32,000 bases of DNA from assembly GCA_026387835.1 (NCBI GenBank), contig JAPLKZ010000010.1, positions 176,379 through 208,378 of the forward strand, read 5' to 3'. The DNA comes from Candidatus Saganbacteria bacterium (lineage in GTDB: Bacteria > Margulisbacteria > WOR-1 > JAKLHX01). Below the pieces are notes generated by a model. It was given only the letters and a program-made list of their open reading frames with translations, was not told the DNA's origin and did not search any database. This document shows positions 1-9,734 of the stretch, piece by piece. Made by a program: the position numbers and the translations under genes. How positions within the stretch are numbered: position 1 is the stretch's first letter; every line of letters starts with the position of its first letter.

Positions 1-2
1 AT

Positions 3-605
3 ATCCAAGATGTTGTTCCCGCTAGTTTCCCTTCTCAGAGATATGTTCAATATTCATTGGGTGAAATGGATGTTAAATTACTTTCAATGGAATGCTTTTG
101 CGGGAATAGCATTTTTCCCACAAAAGACGGGATCAATCCTCTTGATCCATATATTGATTTAAACGAGAGATTGATTGAAGCGATGAAAAAGAATGGATTG
201 AATATCGTCAAGGATTCATTGGGAATTGGCGTATGGGTAGGCCCACGGGAAGATAGGCATGACTCTGACAAGAGAGATCTTGAAAAAAATTATTTCTTAT
301 GGAATAAAGGCAAGCTTTTCTGTGCTGAAACGCTAATTTCTGAGGATGATAATCCGCCGCTCAAAGCCTTCTTGTGTGCACTAAAAAAAAATTCATCCAT
401 TACGTTAATTGAAGACAAAAAAATAAGCTGGTCCTCGTTTTTAGCACTTATGAGGGGACGGAAGCGTTCCACTGTTCGATTAGAGCCTCATTCATACAGT
501 GTCGACATGGATCATCCTGTAATTATATATCCTGCAAGTCTTCTTAAACAAGCCGGATTCGTTCAGGAAATTTTTATGGCTGATATCGTTGTTGGAACAA
601 AGTAA
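3..605 (+). CDS. Hypothetical protein, 5' truncated by window edge
   Basis: Frame 3 is open from the window edge (IQDVVPASFPSQRYVQYSLGEMDVK...) through TAA at 605; the listed start at 57 is an internal TTG. No recognised domain. Confidence 0.6.
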   Translation: MQDVVPASFPSQRYVQYSLGEMDVKLLSMECFCGNSIFPTKDGINPLDPYIDLNERLIEAMKKNGLNIVKDSLGIGVWVGPREDRHDSDKRDLEKNYFLWNKGKLFCAETLISEDDNPPLKAFLCALKKNSSITLIEDKKISWSSFLALMRGRKRSTVRLEPHSYSVDMDHPVIIYPASLLKQAGFVQEIFMADIVVGTK

Positions 606-650
606 AATATATTTTGCAGATCTTTGGCGGCCGAAGGGTTGGGGTGAGGG

Positions 651-1589
651 CTACTTTACTTCCATCTCCGCAAGTAATTTCGATATTGCCCCGGCAAATT
701 CCTTAGTCTCCGGCTTTAAGAGGTCTTCGAAGCTATAGGCTGCTCTTCCTTTTTGGAAAGAGAGCCGTATTTCCTGGGAGTAGAACATTTCCAGGGTCTT
801 TTCGGAGTTTTCCTCTATCAGTCTTGCGAGCATCTTGGCTATTGAATTTTTATCAGAATATGAGAAACATAACGAAAATGTTTTGAATTCAACAGAATTC
901 CCGTTCAATTGATCGATATATGAGGAAATGTCATCCGAAGAATAGAAATATTTGCCTTTCTCAAACGGCACTCCGTATGAAACCATCATCTTTTTTAGGT
1001 CTTCCATGCTTCTTTCCATCATTTTCACGGTCTCCGACGGCGGGTAGATCACATAACGCTTCCACAGAGAACCGTTGAGCATCGCAAAAGCCCATCCTGT
1101 CCTGTTGTAAGCCCTGGCAAAATACAGAACCCCGAGGCTTTGCGAAGATATCTGGAGTCGCTTTTCCGAGTTGTAATTTGATGCTGTCGTCAGGACTTGC
1201 TGGATCCATTTATCCGCGTCGCTGAACAACTTGATCTGCCTGTATAGCTCAATGACCGATCCTTCGACGTAACGGTTGGTGATTATCCCCTTCCTGTATG
1301 CTGACGCGATATAGAACGGAAATACCAACGATGCGGTCCTGTTATCGACATTGCTGCTGTTCAACATTTTATCCGCAATAGCAAGGACAGAATTATATGC
1401 GTACAGCGAGTTCTCAAGAGTGTCCATATTCTCGCGCATGAGGGCTTTGTAATAGACGCTTTTGATCAGGTTTATCTTTGAGGCCACCGACGCTTCGGGT
1501 GAAGTGACCGAAATGATTTCTTCCGTGGGAGCCGCGATCGAAACGCCAGCGCACACAATCATCAGTAGAATGATAAGTGTTTTTTTCAT
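651..1589 (-). CDS. Hypothetical secreted/exported protein
   Basis: ORF 651..1679; most likely start is the internal Met at 1589 giving MKKTLIILLMIVCAGVSIAAPTEE, a signal-peptide-like N-terminus. Helical body, no family recognised. Confidence 0.65.
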   Translation of the reverse strand: MKKTLIILLMIVCAGVSIAAPTEEIISVTSPEASVASKINLIKSVYYKALMRENMDTLENSLYAYNSVLAIADKMLNSSNVDNRTASLVFPFYIASAYRKGIITNRYVEGSVIELYRQIKLFSDADKWIQQVLTTASNYNSEKRLQISSQSLGVLYFARAYNRTGWAFAMLNGSLWKRYVIYPPSETVKMMERSMEDLKKMMVSYGVPFEKGKYFYSSDDISSYIDQLNGNSVEFKTFSLCFSYSDKNSIAKMLARLIEENSEKTLEMFYSQEIRLSFQKGRAAYSFEDLLKPETKEFAGAISKLLAEMEVK

Positions 1590-1656
1590 TTTAACTCTTA
1601 ATTTATTCATAATATCACAAATAGAAATGCACAGTAAAGTATTATATAATTGGGTC

Positions 1657-1971
1657 ATGAGCGTCTCGAAAAAAGACACGCAGTACGTTGCGCTTCTTGC
1701 AAGGCTTGGCTTGTCGGAAGATGAAGAAGTATCTTTCGCAAAACAGCTTAACGATATTCTCGGCTATATCGATATAATAAATTCCGCGGACACAAAGACC
1801 GTTTCACCTGCGGCACACACGCAGCTGACCGGATCGATACAAGAAAAAAAGACCCCGATGAGGGATGACAAGGCTTTTCCGTATAAAGACACAAAAAAAA
1901 TACTGGACATTGCTCCTCACGTTGAAAACAATATGTTCCGTGTCCCCAGGATCCTTGAAACGGAAGAATAA
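1657..1971 (+). CDS. gatC: Asp-tRNA(Asn)/Glu-tRNA(Gln) amidotransferase subunit C
   Basis: [46 protein letters not shown]... and C-terminal [31 protein letters not shown] are typical of GatC; directly precedes gatA. Confidence 0.93.
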   Translation: MSVSKKDTQYVALLARLGLSEDEEVSFAKQLNDILGYIDIINSADTKTVSPAAHTQLTGSIQEKKTPMRDDKAFPYKDTKKILDIAPHVENNMFRVPRILETEE

Positions 1972-1976
1972 CAAAA

Positions 1977-3440
1977 ATGAACCTGTATAATCTGACGGCT
2001 CACGAACTTTCAAAAAAACTTAGCAACAAAGAAATCGGCTGCGTCGAGCTTACCGAATCGGTCTATAAGAGGATCGAAACCGTCGAGCCAAAAGTGAACG
2101 CTTTCAATATTCTTACAAAAGAACTCGCCCTTAAGAAAGCTAAGGAGGTTGACGATCAAACGAACCGGGAACCACAAACCATGGACCAGTCTTTAAAAGG
2201 CATTCCCATCGCCATAAAAGACAACATGTGCACTGACGGCATACCGACCACCTGTTCATCAAAGATACTTGAAAATTATATCCCCCCTTATAACGCAACG
2301 ATCGTCGACCTTGTCTTTGAAGCGGGGATGATCCCGGTGGGAAAGACAAATCTGGATGAATTTGCAATGGGATCTTCAACCGAAAATTCCGCTTTCAAAA
2401 CGACTAAAAACCCATGGGATCTGAAAAAGGTACCGGGAGGATCTTCCGGCGGATCGGCCGCAGCGGTTGCGGCGGACGAGACGATACTTTCGCTGGGTTC
2501 GGATACCGGCGGGTCTATCAGGCAGCCCGCTTCTTTCTGCGGAGTGGTCGGGTTGAAACCGACCTACGGCAGGGTTTCGCGCTACGGGCTTGTGGCCTTC
2601 GCGTCTTCGCTGGACCAGATCGGCCCTATCACAAAAGATGTAACTGATGCCGCGCTATTGATGAACGTCATTGCAAGGCACGACCCGAAAGACTCGACCA
2701 GCGTAAACATAAAAGCACCGGACTACACAAAGTCTCTTGTCCGCAATGTAAAAGGCCTGAGGCTCGGTTTACCGAAAGAACTCTTCGGCGAAGGGATCGA
2801 AGAGAATATAAAAAGATCCGTCATGGATGCGGTAAAGCTGCTCGAAGGCCTCGGAGCCTTCGTCAGAGAGGTGTCTCTGCCGTCACTTAAATTCGCTCTT
2901 GCGGCCTATTACATCATCGCGCCCGCCGAAGCGTCTTCCAACCTGGCAAGATACGACGGCGTACATTACGGCCTTCGCTCAAAAAAGGACAAGGATATCA
3001 TGGAGATGTACCTGAATACGCGCCGTGAAGGTTTCGGAGCGGAGGTAAAAAGAAGGATCATGATCGGGACTTATGCTCTAAGTTCCGGGTATTACGATGC
3101 TTACTATTTAAAGGCCCAGAAGATAAGGACTTTGATAAAGAACGATTTTGAAGAGGCCTTTAAAGACCTGGACATGATCATCACTCCGACATCGCCGACA
3201 GCCGCCTTCGGGATCGGCGAAAAAACCGCAGATCCGCTTTCCATGTATCTTTCGGATATCGCCACTATTCCGGTGAACCTAGCGGGCTTACCGGCGATCT
3301 CTATCCCCTGCGGGTATGATAACGGACTTCCGATAGGGCTCCAGATGATCGGAAGGGCATTTGACGAGGAGACTCTTTTCAGGGCGGCTTACACGTTCGA
3401 AAGTGAAACGGATTATCACAAAAGGAAACCGCCGTTATGA
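1977..3440 (+). CDS. gatA: Asp-tRNA(Asn)/Glu-tRNA(Gln) amidotransferase subunit A
   Basis: Amidase signature ([52 protein letters not shown]); GatA-type length. Confidence 0.98.
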   Translation: MNLYNLTAHELSKKLSNKEIGCVELTESVYKRIETVEPKVNAFNILTKELALKKAKEVDDQTNREPQTMDQSLKGIPIAIKDNMCTDGIPTTCSSKILENYIPPYNATIVDLVFEAGMIPVGKTNLDEFAMGSSTENSAFKTTKNPWDLKKVPGGSSGGSAAAVAADETILSLGSDTGGSIRQPASFCGVVGLKPTYGRVSRYGLVAFASSLDQIGPITKDVTDAALLMNVIARHDPKDSTSVNIKAPDYTKSLVRNVKGLRLGLPKELFGEGIEENIKRSVMDAVKLLEGLGAFVREVSLPSLKFALAAYYIIAPAEASSNLARYDGVHYGLRSKKDKDIMEMYLNTRREGFGAEVKRRIMIGTYALSSGYYDAYYLKAQKIRTLIKNDFEEAFKDLDMIITPTSPTAAFGIGEKTADPLSMYLSDIATIPVNLAGLPAISIPCGYDNGLPIGLQMIGRAFDEETLFRAAYTFESETDYHKRKPPL

Positions 3441-4882
3441 AATACGAGATCGTGATAGGACTGGAGACACACGCGCAGCTGCAGACTGGATCAAAGATGT
3501 TCTGCTCCTGCCCGACAAAGTTCGGCAATGCCCCGAATACCGATATATGTCCTGTCTGCACGGGACAACCGGGATCGCTTCCCGTGATAAACAGAAAAGC
3601 CGTCGAGCTGGCGGTCAAGACCGCGCTGGCACTTAACTGCAAAGTAAACGAGGAGAGCATCTTTGCCAGAAAAAATTATTTTTATCCCGACCTTCCTAAA
3701 GGCTACCAGATATCGCAGTTTGAACTGCCGCTGGCAGAGCACGGATTTGTCGAGATAGAGGTCCGAGGGCAGACAAAGAAGATACGCATCACAAGGGTCC
3801 ACCTTGAAGAGGACGCCGGCAAACTTGTCCACAAGGGGAGCTCGGGGATAAAAGGAGCGGATTATTCCCTTGTCGATCTTAACAGGACAGGGACCCCTCT
3901 CATGGAAATAGTGAGCGAACCGGACATAAGGGACCCGGAAGAAGCCAGGATCTTCATGGAAGAACTCGCGCATATACTTCAGTATCTCGAAGTGTGCGAT
4001 GCCAAGCTTGAAGAAGGAAGCATTAGATGCGACGCAAATATTTCTCTCAGGCCGCAGGGGCAGGCAAAGCTGGGAACAAAAACAGAGGTTAAGAACATGA
4101 ACTCTTTTAAGGCTGTCCAGAAAGCCCTTGAAGCCGAGGCCAGGCGGCAGGAGACAATGCTTGATGGCGGCGCAAAAATATTACAGGAAACTTTATTGTT
4201 CGATGAAAGTAGCGGGCAGGTCAGCCCGATGAGAAGCAAAGAACAGTCCCACGATTACAGGTATTTCCCTGATCCGGACCTTTTGCCGCTTTATGTTTCA
4301 AAAGAGATGGCGAGTAATATCGCGGCACAAGTCCCCGAGCTTCCGATCGATAAATATAAAAGGTTCATTGAAAAATATAATCTTTCTTCCGCTGATGCGG
4401 GAACGCTGGTCTCGTCCAGGCAAATGGCTGATTTTTTCGAGAGTTCCGTTTCGATCCTGCAGGAGCCAAAACTCATCGCCAACTGGATTATCGGAGATAT
4501 CTCGGCATATTTAAATTCAAAGGGCACAGGCATCGACGGGACAAAACTGACCCCTGCCCTTTTGACGGAAATGATCGCCTTGATACAAAAAGGCACTATC
4601 GGGGGAAAGACCGCTAAGGATATCATTGTCGTGATGCTTGGAACCGGGAAGTCCGCAAAAGCGATCGTCGAAAGTTCGGGTGCTACTCAGATATCGGACG
4701 AGAGCGTATTGCTTGAGATAATTGATAAGGTGATCGCCGAAAACGCGCGATCGGTCGAGTCATTTAAAGCCGGGAAAGAAACGGCGGTAAAATTCCTGAT
4801 AGGCCAGGCAATGAAACTTTCAAAAGGAAGGGCTAACCCTACAACGCTGGAAGAGCTTTTCAAGAAGAAGCTTAGGTCCTAG
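3437..4882 (+). CDS. gatB: Asp-tRNA(Asn)/Glu-tRNA(Gln) amidotransferase subunit B
   Basis: [49 protein letters not shown]; ATGA overlap with gatA. Confidence 0.98.
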   Translation: MKYEIVIGLETHAQLQTGSKMFCSCPTKFGNAPNTDICPVCTGQPGSLPVINRKAVELAVKTALALNCKVNEESIFARKNYFYPDLPKGYQISQFELPLAEHGFVEIEVRGQTKKIRITRVHLEEDAGKLVHKGSSGIKGADYSLVDLNRTGTPLMEIVSEPDIRDPEEARIFMEELAHILQYLEVCDAKLEEGSIRCDANISLRPQGQAKLGTKTEVKNMNSFKAVQKALEAEARRQETMLDGGAKILQETLLFDESSGQVSPMRSKEQSHDYRYFPDPDLLPLYVSKEMASNIAAQVPELPIDKYKRFIEKYNLSSADAGTLVSSRQMADFFESSVSILQEPKLIANWIIGDISAYLNSKGTGIDGTKLTPALLTEMIALIQKGTIGGKTAKDIIVVMLGTGKSAKAIVESSGATQISDESVLLEIIDKVIAENARSVESFKAGKETAVKFLIGQAMKLSKGRANPTTLEELFKKKLRS

Positions 4883-5268
4883 GAAGTCTTTTTATATTTT
4901 GCCCTGATCGCCTCAACCTTCGCTATTACCGTATCCATTTCCAGGGGCTTGTTTAAATAATCTTCAGCATGAAGGGCAAAAGTTTCTTTGTGCGCCAGCT
5001 CCGTCTCAACCGCGGTCATCATCACCACGGGAATATTTTTTAATTTATCATCACTTTTGAGCCGCTTTAATACCTCTATGCCGTCTTCACCGGGCATCAT
5101 GATATCTAGGAAGATCAGGTCGGGAGTTTTTTCCTTTGCCAGTTCAAGCCCCTGTTTCGCGTCAGATGCCAAGAATATCTTATAATCCCCTTTTGATTCC
5201 ATAAGGAATTTGAACGCCGTGGTATAGACCGGCTCATCGTCGATCATCAGTATTGTATACTCGCTCAT
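4879..5268 (-). CDS. Single-domain response regulator (CheY-like receiver)
   Basis: Receiver motifs MIDDEP, DLIFLDIMMPGEDGIEVL, MMTAVE, YLNKPLE; no output domain. Confidence 0.92.
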   Translation of the reverse strand: MSEYTILMIDDEPVYTTAFKFLMESKGDYKIFLASDAKQGLELAKEKTPDLIFLDIMMPGEDGIEVLKRLKSDDKLKNIPVVMMTAVETELAHKETFALHAEDYLNKPLEMDTVIAKVEAIRAKYKKTS

Positions 5269-5371
5269 AAATTACATCTCCAACAATGAAGGATAATAAT
5301 AGTATACTCATTTTTTATTGTTTGTCAAAGCGATAAAACGGCTTTAAGCGCCGTAGTGTTATAATCAAAAA

Positions 5372-5977
5372 ATGGCTGACTATATCTATGAATTAAAAGA
5401 TTCTTTATATATTAATCTTACTAACAGGTGCAATAACCGCTGCTCTTTCTGCATCAAATATAAGAACCGGATATTTGAAGGAAAACATAATCTCTGGCTT
5501 GATCGGGAACCGGACGCGGAAGAAGTGACAGGCCTGATAAACGATCCTTCAAAATACCGGCAGATAGTTTTCTGCGGGTACGGAGAGCCGCTGATAAGAC
5601 TTGAGACGCTAAAGAAGATCGCCGCGGGATTAAAAGAAAAAGGCAGCTTCATCAGGGTCGATACCGACGGCCAGGCAAACCTGTTTTACGGCCGCAACAT
5701 TACTGCCGATCTTAATGGTCTTGTAGATGAAATGGATATCAGTTTGAACGCGCATGATAAAAAGACCTACGATAAGCTTTGCAGGTCTGTCTACGGGGAA
5801 AAAGCATACAAAGCGATCTTAGATTTCGCAAGACTTGCCAAGGAAACCATACCGAAAGTCGTTTTGACGGCTGTGGACCTGCCCGGGATCGATATTGAGA
5901 AGTGCAAAAATATATCGGATGAGATCGGAGTAGAATTCAAGATAAGGCCCTACTATGAAGAAAGCTATATAGCCTGA
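5372..5977 (+). CDS. Short radical SAM protein, resembles the TatD-associated radical SAM family
   Basis: YINLTNRCNNRCSFCIK (CxxxCxxC cluster motif), FCGYGEPL, VDTDGQANL; about 200 aa. Confidence 0.85.
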   Translation: MADYIYELKDSLYINLTNRCNNRCSFCIKYKNRIFEGKHNLWLDREPDAEEVTGLINDPSKYRQIVFCGYGEPLIRLETLKKIAAGLKEKGSFIRVDTDGQANLFYGRNITADLNGLVDEMDISLNAHDKKTYDKLCRSVYGEKAYKAILDFARLAKETIPKVVLTAVDLPGIDIEKCKNISDEIGVEFKIRPYYEESYIA

Positions 5978-6162
5978 ACCTCTTTTTTTGCACAGTTGTT
6001 CTTTTCGCAGCGCTGCGCCTGCCATTTTTTGAAAGGAATAAACTCTATTTTCTGGCCTTTTCGAAGTGATTCTTCAAGTCCGGCCATTATATTTTCATTG
6101 AGCGACATCAGCGGAATGCCGTTTGCTGTGTGATGAAGATCCGTATTAACGTTCTTTTCCAT
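5965..6162 (-). CDS. Small hypothetical protein (65 aa)
   Basis: ORF only; fills the gap between convergent rSAM and rnhB; overlaps the rSAM 3' end by 13 nt. Confidence 0.35.
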   Translation of the reverse strand: MEKNVNTDLHHTANGIPLMSLNENIMAGLEESLRKGQKIEFIPFKKWQAQRCEKNNCAKKEVQAI

Positions 6163-6210
6163 TGTCAGAATATTTTAGCACCGTCATACGCATTATGCAA
6201 TGATTTTCTA

Positions 6211-6828
6211 TCAAAGTGACGGGCCCGTGACAAGCGATACGGGAGCAAAACTTCTCCTGTGGACCGGGCACGGTCCGTATTTTGCCAAAGCCTCAAAATG
6301 TTTTTTTGTGCCGTAGCCTTTATGCTCATTAAAAGAGTATTGCGGGTATTTTTTTGAGATCTTCATCATCAATTTGTCTCTCGTTACCTTTGCTATGATC
6401 GACGCGGCCGCTATCGAGGCGCAGATGCCGTCCCCTCCAATGATAGTTTTTTGAGGAGTATTTATTCCGGGAATGCTTTTGTTGCCGTCCACCAGTATAA
6501 AATCGGGGGGGTTGCCCGTATTAAGGACCGCTCTTTTCATTGAAAGAAGCGTTGCATTAAGAATGTTTATCTTGTCAACCACGGCCTCACCCGCAATGCC
6601 GATGCCGATATCTACGGCTTTTTTTAGAATGATCCCGTAAAGTTCCTGCCTTCGTTTGGGTGATAATTTTTTGGAATTATCAAGACCTATAATACCGAAA
6701 TTTTTGGGTAAGATCACAGCGGCAGAAACGACGGGCCCCGCAAGTGGCCCCCTTCCCGCTTCATCGACTCCCGCAATAAGTGAAAAACCTTTTTTGTGCA
6801 GCGCTTTCTCGCTTCTAAAGCTGACCAT
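6211..6828 (-). CDS. rnhB: Ribonuclease HII
   Basis: IAGVDEAGRGPLAGPVVSAAVIL, YSFNEHKGYGTKKHFEAL. Confidence 0.97.
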   Translation of the reverse strand: MVSFRSEKALHKKGFSLIAGVDEAGRGPLAGPVVSAAVILPKNFGIIGLDNSKKLSPKRRQELYGIILKKAVDIGIGIAGEAVVDKINILNATLLSMKRAVLNTGNPPDFILVDGNKSIPGINTPQKTIIGGDGICASIAAASIIAKVTRDKLMMKISKKYPQYSFNEHKGYGTKKHFEALAKYGPCPVHRRSFAPVSLVTGPSL

Positions 6829-7470
6829 TTACATCCCGGGGAAGATACTTAATTTATTTAGAGGCCAGATGCGCACTACCGCTCTGCCGATGATATTGTC
6901 TTCGGGCGCAAAGCCCCAGAACCTGCTGTCCATGCTGTTAGGGCGGTTATCCCCCATCATGAAATAACTTTTTTCCGGAACTTTCACTTCAGGCATGTTG
7001 AAATTGTCGCGGTTTACCGGATGTTTTTCTTCGAGTTGTCTGCCGTTTATATAAACATAACCGTTTTTTATCGAGACCGTCTCGCCCGGAAGTCCGATGA
7101 TCCTTTTGATGAAATCTCTTCTTGTCCCGACAGGGTCTTTAGGATATTTGAAAACGATCACTTCCATCCTCTTCGGCCTTGAGAATGTATATATATTGCG
7201 CGCGTTGCTGAAAATAAAATTCGTATTGTAAAGAGGGTTGGGAATATTGAAGAGGAATATCGGGCTGTCGTTCATGTCATACAAAGGATTAGGCAGTCCC
7301 AGGGATAACCTGTCGACGATTATTCTGTCGTTCACCTCGAAAGTCGGAAGCATCGATTCGGAAGGTATCCAGAATATCTGAATAAAGAACGCCCTGATAA
7401 AAAGCGCTATCAAAAGCGCGACGACTACGGTCTCTATGGTCTCTTTGATGAAGGCTCTGATCTTTTCCAT
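6829..7470 (-). CDS. lepB: Signal peptidase I
   Basis: IQIFWIPSESMLPTF, FIKRIIGLPGETVSI, YFMMGDNRPNSMDSRFWG. Confidence 0.96.
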   Translation of the reverse strand: MEKIRAFIKETIETVVVALLIALFIRAFFIQIFWIPSESMLPTFEVNDRIIVDRLSLGLPNPLYDMNDSPIFLFNIPNPLYNTNFIFSNARNIYTFSRPKRMEVIVFKYPKDPVGTRRDFIKRIIGLPGETVSIKNGYVYINGRQLEEKHPVNRDNFNMPEVKVPEKSYFMMGDNRPNSMDSRFWGFAPEDNIIGRAVVRIWPLNKLSIFPGM

Positions 7471-7480
7471 TGAAAATGAT

Positions 7481-7843
7481 CTACTGGGCGGTCTGTTGGG
7501 AAGCCATTTCTTCGATCTTTGTGGCGGACGAACCTATCCTGTCCCTCAGGTAGTACAATTTTGCCCTTCTGACTTTTCCCCGTTTTATGACCTTTATCCT
7601 GTCAACTTTTGGAGAATGCAGAGGAAATATCCTTTCGACCCCGACACCCTGAACGATCTTCCTTACCGTGAATGTCTCGGAGATGCTGCCGCCTTTTCTC
7701 GCGATGACGATCCCTTCAAAACCCTGTATGCGCTCCTTGTCGCCTTCGACTATCTTAGCGTATACCCTTACGGTGTCACCGATGCCGAAAGCTTCGACAT
7801 TTGGCTTCATATTTTTCTGGTTTATTTCTTTGATCATATTCAT
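7481..7843 (-). CDS. rplS: 50S ribosomal protein L19
   Basis: [34 protein letters not shown]...[39 protein letters not shown]. Confidence 0.97.
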   Translation of the reverse strand: MNMIKEINQKNMKPNVEAFGIGDTVRVYAKIVEGDKERIQGFEGIVIARKGGSISETFTVRKIVQGVGVERIFPLHSPKVDRIKVIKRGKVRRAKLYYLRDRIGSSATKIEEMASQQTAQ

Positions 7844-7881
7844 GGAAAAACCCCGTTTATAATAGAATTATAACATAAAAT

Positions 7882-8604
7882 TCATATTCCGAGGACGATC
7901 TGCCTCAGGAATTCTTTGTCTTCTCCGTTCAACTCTGCCATTGCCAGAAGATCGGGACGCATGAAAAAAGTCTTCTGAAGGGACTGTTTTCTTCGCCATT
8001 TGCGCACCTCTTCATGGTTGCCGCTCCGCAGGACTTCCGGAACAGCACTGCCTTCAAGATCAGCCGGCCTTGTGTAATGAGGGAAATCTAGCAATGATCC
8101 TGAAAAAGAGTCTGCCTCGACAGAACCCAACTCTTTCACGACCCCCGGGATGTAGCGGCTTACCGCGTCTACAAGTACGGCCGCGGGCAGTTCCCCTCCG
8201 GTCAGGACATAGTCGCCTATGGATATTTCCTCATCGATGAACGGCCGGATCCTTTCATCTGCCCCTTCGTAATGGCCGCAAATTATGACAAGATGGTCCA
8301 GTTTTGACAATTCCACTACTTTATCCTGCGTCAGTGTTTTGCCAGCAGGGGTCAGGAAAACAGTCTTTGAGGTCTTTGTCCCGATCTTTTTTAAGGTCTT
8401 TATTATCGGTTCGGCAAGCATCACCATGCCGGGTCCGCCGCCGAACGGGCTGTCATCGGCTGTCTTATGGGGGTTGCTTGTTTCTTCGCGAATATCGTGG
8501 ATATTAATAATGATTGACCCTCTTTCCCTCGCTTTTTTCAAAAGGCTTTCGGTGAACGGCCCCTCGAACATTGCGGGAAAGAGGGTCAATATGTCAAATC
8601 TCAT
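7882..8604 (-). CDS. trmD: tRNA (guanine-N1)-methyltransferase
   Basis: MRFDILTLFPAMFEGP, KTADDSPFGGGPGMVM, ICGHYEGADERI, SIGDYVLTGGELPA. Confidence 0.98.
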   Translation of the reverse strand: MRFDILTLFPAMFEGPFTESLLKKARERGSIIINIHDIREETSNPHKTADDSPFGGGPGMVMLAEPIIKTLKKIGTKTSKTVFLTPAGKTLTQDKVVELSKLDHLVIICGHYEGADERIRPFIDEEISIGDYVLTGGELPAAVLVDAVSRYIPGVVKELGSVEADSFSGSLLDFPHYTRPADLEGSAVPEVLRSGNHEEVRKWRRKQSLQKTFFMRPDLLAMAELNGEDKEFLRQIVLGI

Positions 8605-8607
8605 CTG

Positions 8608-9033
8608 TTATTCGATGTTTCTGATTTCCATTATGACGCCGTCTTTTACCAGGATCTCAGCGGCGCCTACTTTCCTGTAAAGATTATCGCCCACCTTCAC
8701 GTTGACGGGTCCTTCAAGCGGCCCCTGGATGAACTCGCTCCCAAGCACCAGTTTTTTTGCTTCCTCCACTTTCATCAAAAGATCGTTCTTTGAAGCGGTC
8801 ATCTTTGCACGCTCTTCGTTTAACTGGTTCCTGAACGTGGTTATCTGCTGCATCATGCCTTTTTTCTTGAGGTCTTCCATATACGCCTTGCTTTGGTTCT
8901 CGATCTGCTGCATCTGACCGTCCATATTCCTGATCGCTCTCTCGAGCTCCTTTACTAGGTTGTCCTTGAACGCTTCGGTCACTATCGCTTTGACCATAAC
9001 TATACGTTTTAACTCGATCGCTGTCTCACTCAT
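8608..9033 (-). CDS. ylqD: YlqD-family protein
   Basis: Coiled-coil middle with C-terminal VNVKVGDNLYRKVGAAEILVKDGVIMEIR; located between khpA and trmD as in Firmicutes ylqD. Confidence 0.7.
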   Translation of the reverse strand: MSETAIELKRIVMVKAIVTEAFKDNLVKELERAIRNMDGQMQQIENQSKAYMEDLKKKGMMQQITTFRNQLNEERAKMTASKNDLLMKVEEAKKLVLGSEFIQGPLEGPVNVKVGDNLYRKVGAAEILVKDGVIMEIRNIE

Positions 9034-9055
9034 TTTATTTTTCCACCCCTTTCTC

Positions 9056-9289
9056 CTATGATATGATTTCGACGGTCACTCTTTTTCTCTGTTTTGCCGC
9101 TGCTGATTTTACGACGGTCCTGATCGCACTTGCTATCCTGCCCTCTTTGCCGATCACCTTGCCTACATCTTCAGGCGCTGTTTTTATTTCGAGTATCGTC
9201 ACGTTCTCTCTATCTGTCTGGGCGACCGCTGCTTCTTCAGGCTTGTCCACTAATGCTTTTACGATATACTCTACCAGCTCTTTCATCAA
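9056..9289 (-). CDS. khpA: KH-domain RNA-binding protein KhpA (YlqC)
   Basis: MMKELVEYIVKALVDKPEEAAV...VGKVIGKEGRIASAIRTVVKSAA; KH GxxG-type loop; adjacent to rpsP. Confidence 0.93.
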   Translation of the reverse strand: MMKELVEYIVKALVDKPEEAAVAQTDRENVTILEIKTAPEDVGKVIGKEGRIASAIRTVVKSAAAKQRKRVTVEIIS

Positions 9290-9627
9290 TGATCTTCTTT
9301 CTTTTCCTCTGCGGGTTTCGGGGCTTCGGCTGCCGGCTGTTCGCCTTTTGGCAGCTTCTTTTTTTTCTTATCAAAGTTCACCGGCGGCATGATACCTATC
9401 TTACCGAGATATTTCCGCACTACTTCCGTTGGAATAGCGCCTTTTTTAAGCCATTCCTGCACTTTTTCTTTGTTCACTTCAAAAGCGTACGGTTCTTTCC
9501 TCGGATCATAATGGCCGAGGATCTCGATCGCCTTGCTGTCCCTCGCTGCGGACTCGTCCATCACAACGACCCTGTAATACGGCTTGCTTTTTGAACCGAC
9601 CCTTGATAACCTCAGTTTTGCTGACAA
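9286..9627 (-). CDS. rpsP: 30S ribosomal protein S16
   Basis: MSAKLRLSRVGSKSKPYYRVVVMDESAARDSKAIEILGHYDP...; Lys/Glu-rich C-terminal extension. Confidence 0.97.
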   Translation of the reverse strand: MSAKLRLSRVGSKSKPYYRVVVMDESAARDSKAIEILGHYDPRKEPYAFEVNKEKVQEWLKKGAIPTEVVRKYLGKIGIMPPVNFDKKKKKLPKGEQPAAEAPKPAEEKKEDH

Positions 9628-9734
9628 AATAATACCTCCAGAATGTCTGTTTTTAAAAAACCCCGAATATCTATCCGAGGAATTATTGCGTTAATAAATA
9701 AAATCAGAGATCACTAAATTATGTAATTATTATA

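Noticed and set aside
57-271. Short minus-strand ORF 47..271 and listed plus-strand start at 57
   Set aside because: The plus-strand frame is open to the window edge and continuous to 605; the minus-strand ORF is antisense with no recognisable content, and the TTG at 57 is internal.
5333-5356. Weak hairpin ACGGC-TTTAAGC-GCCGT upstream of the radical SAM gene
   Set aside because: Five-bp stem, no T-tract or conserved riboswitch features; could be chance.
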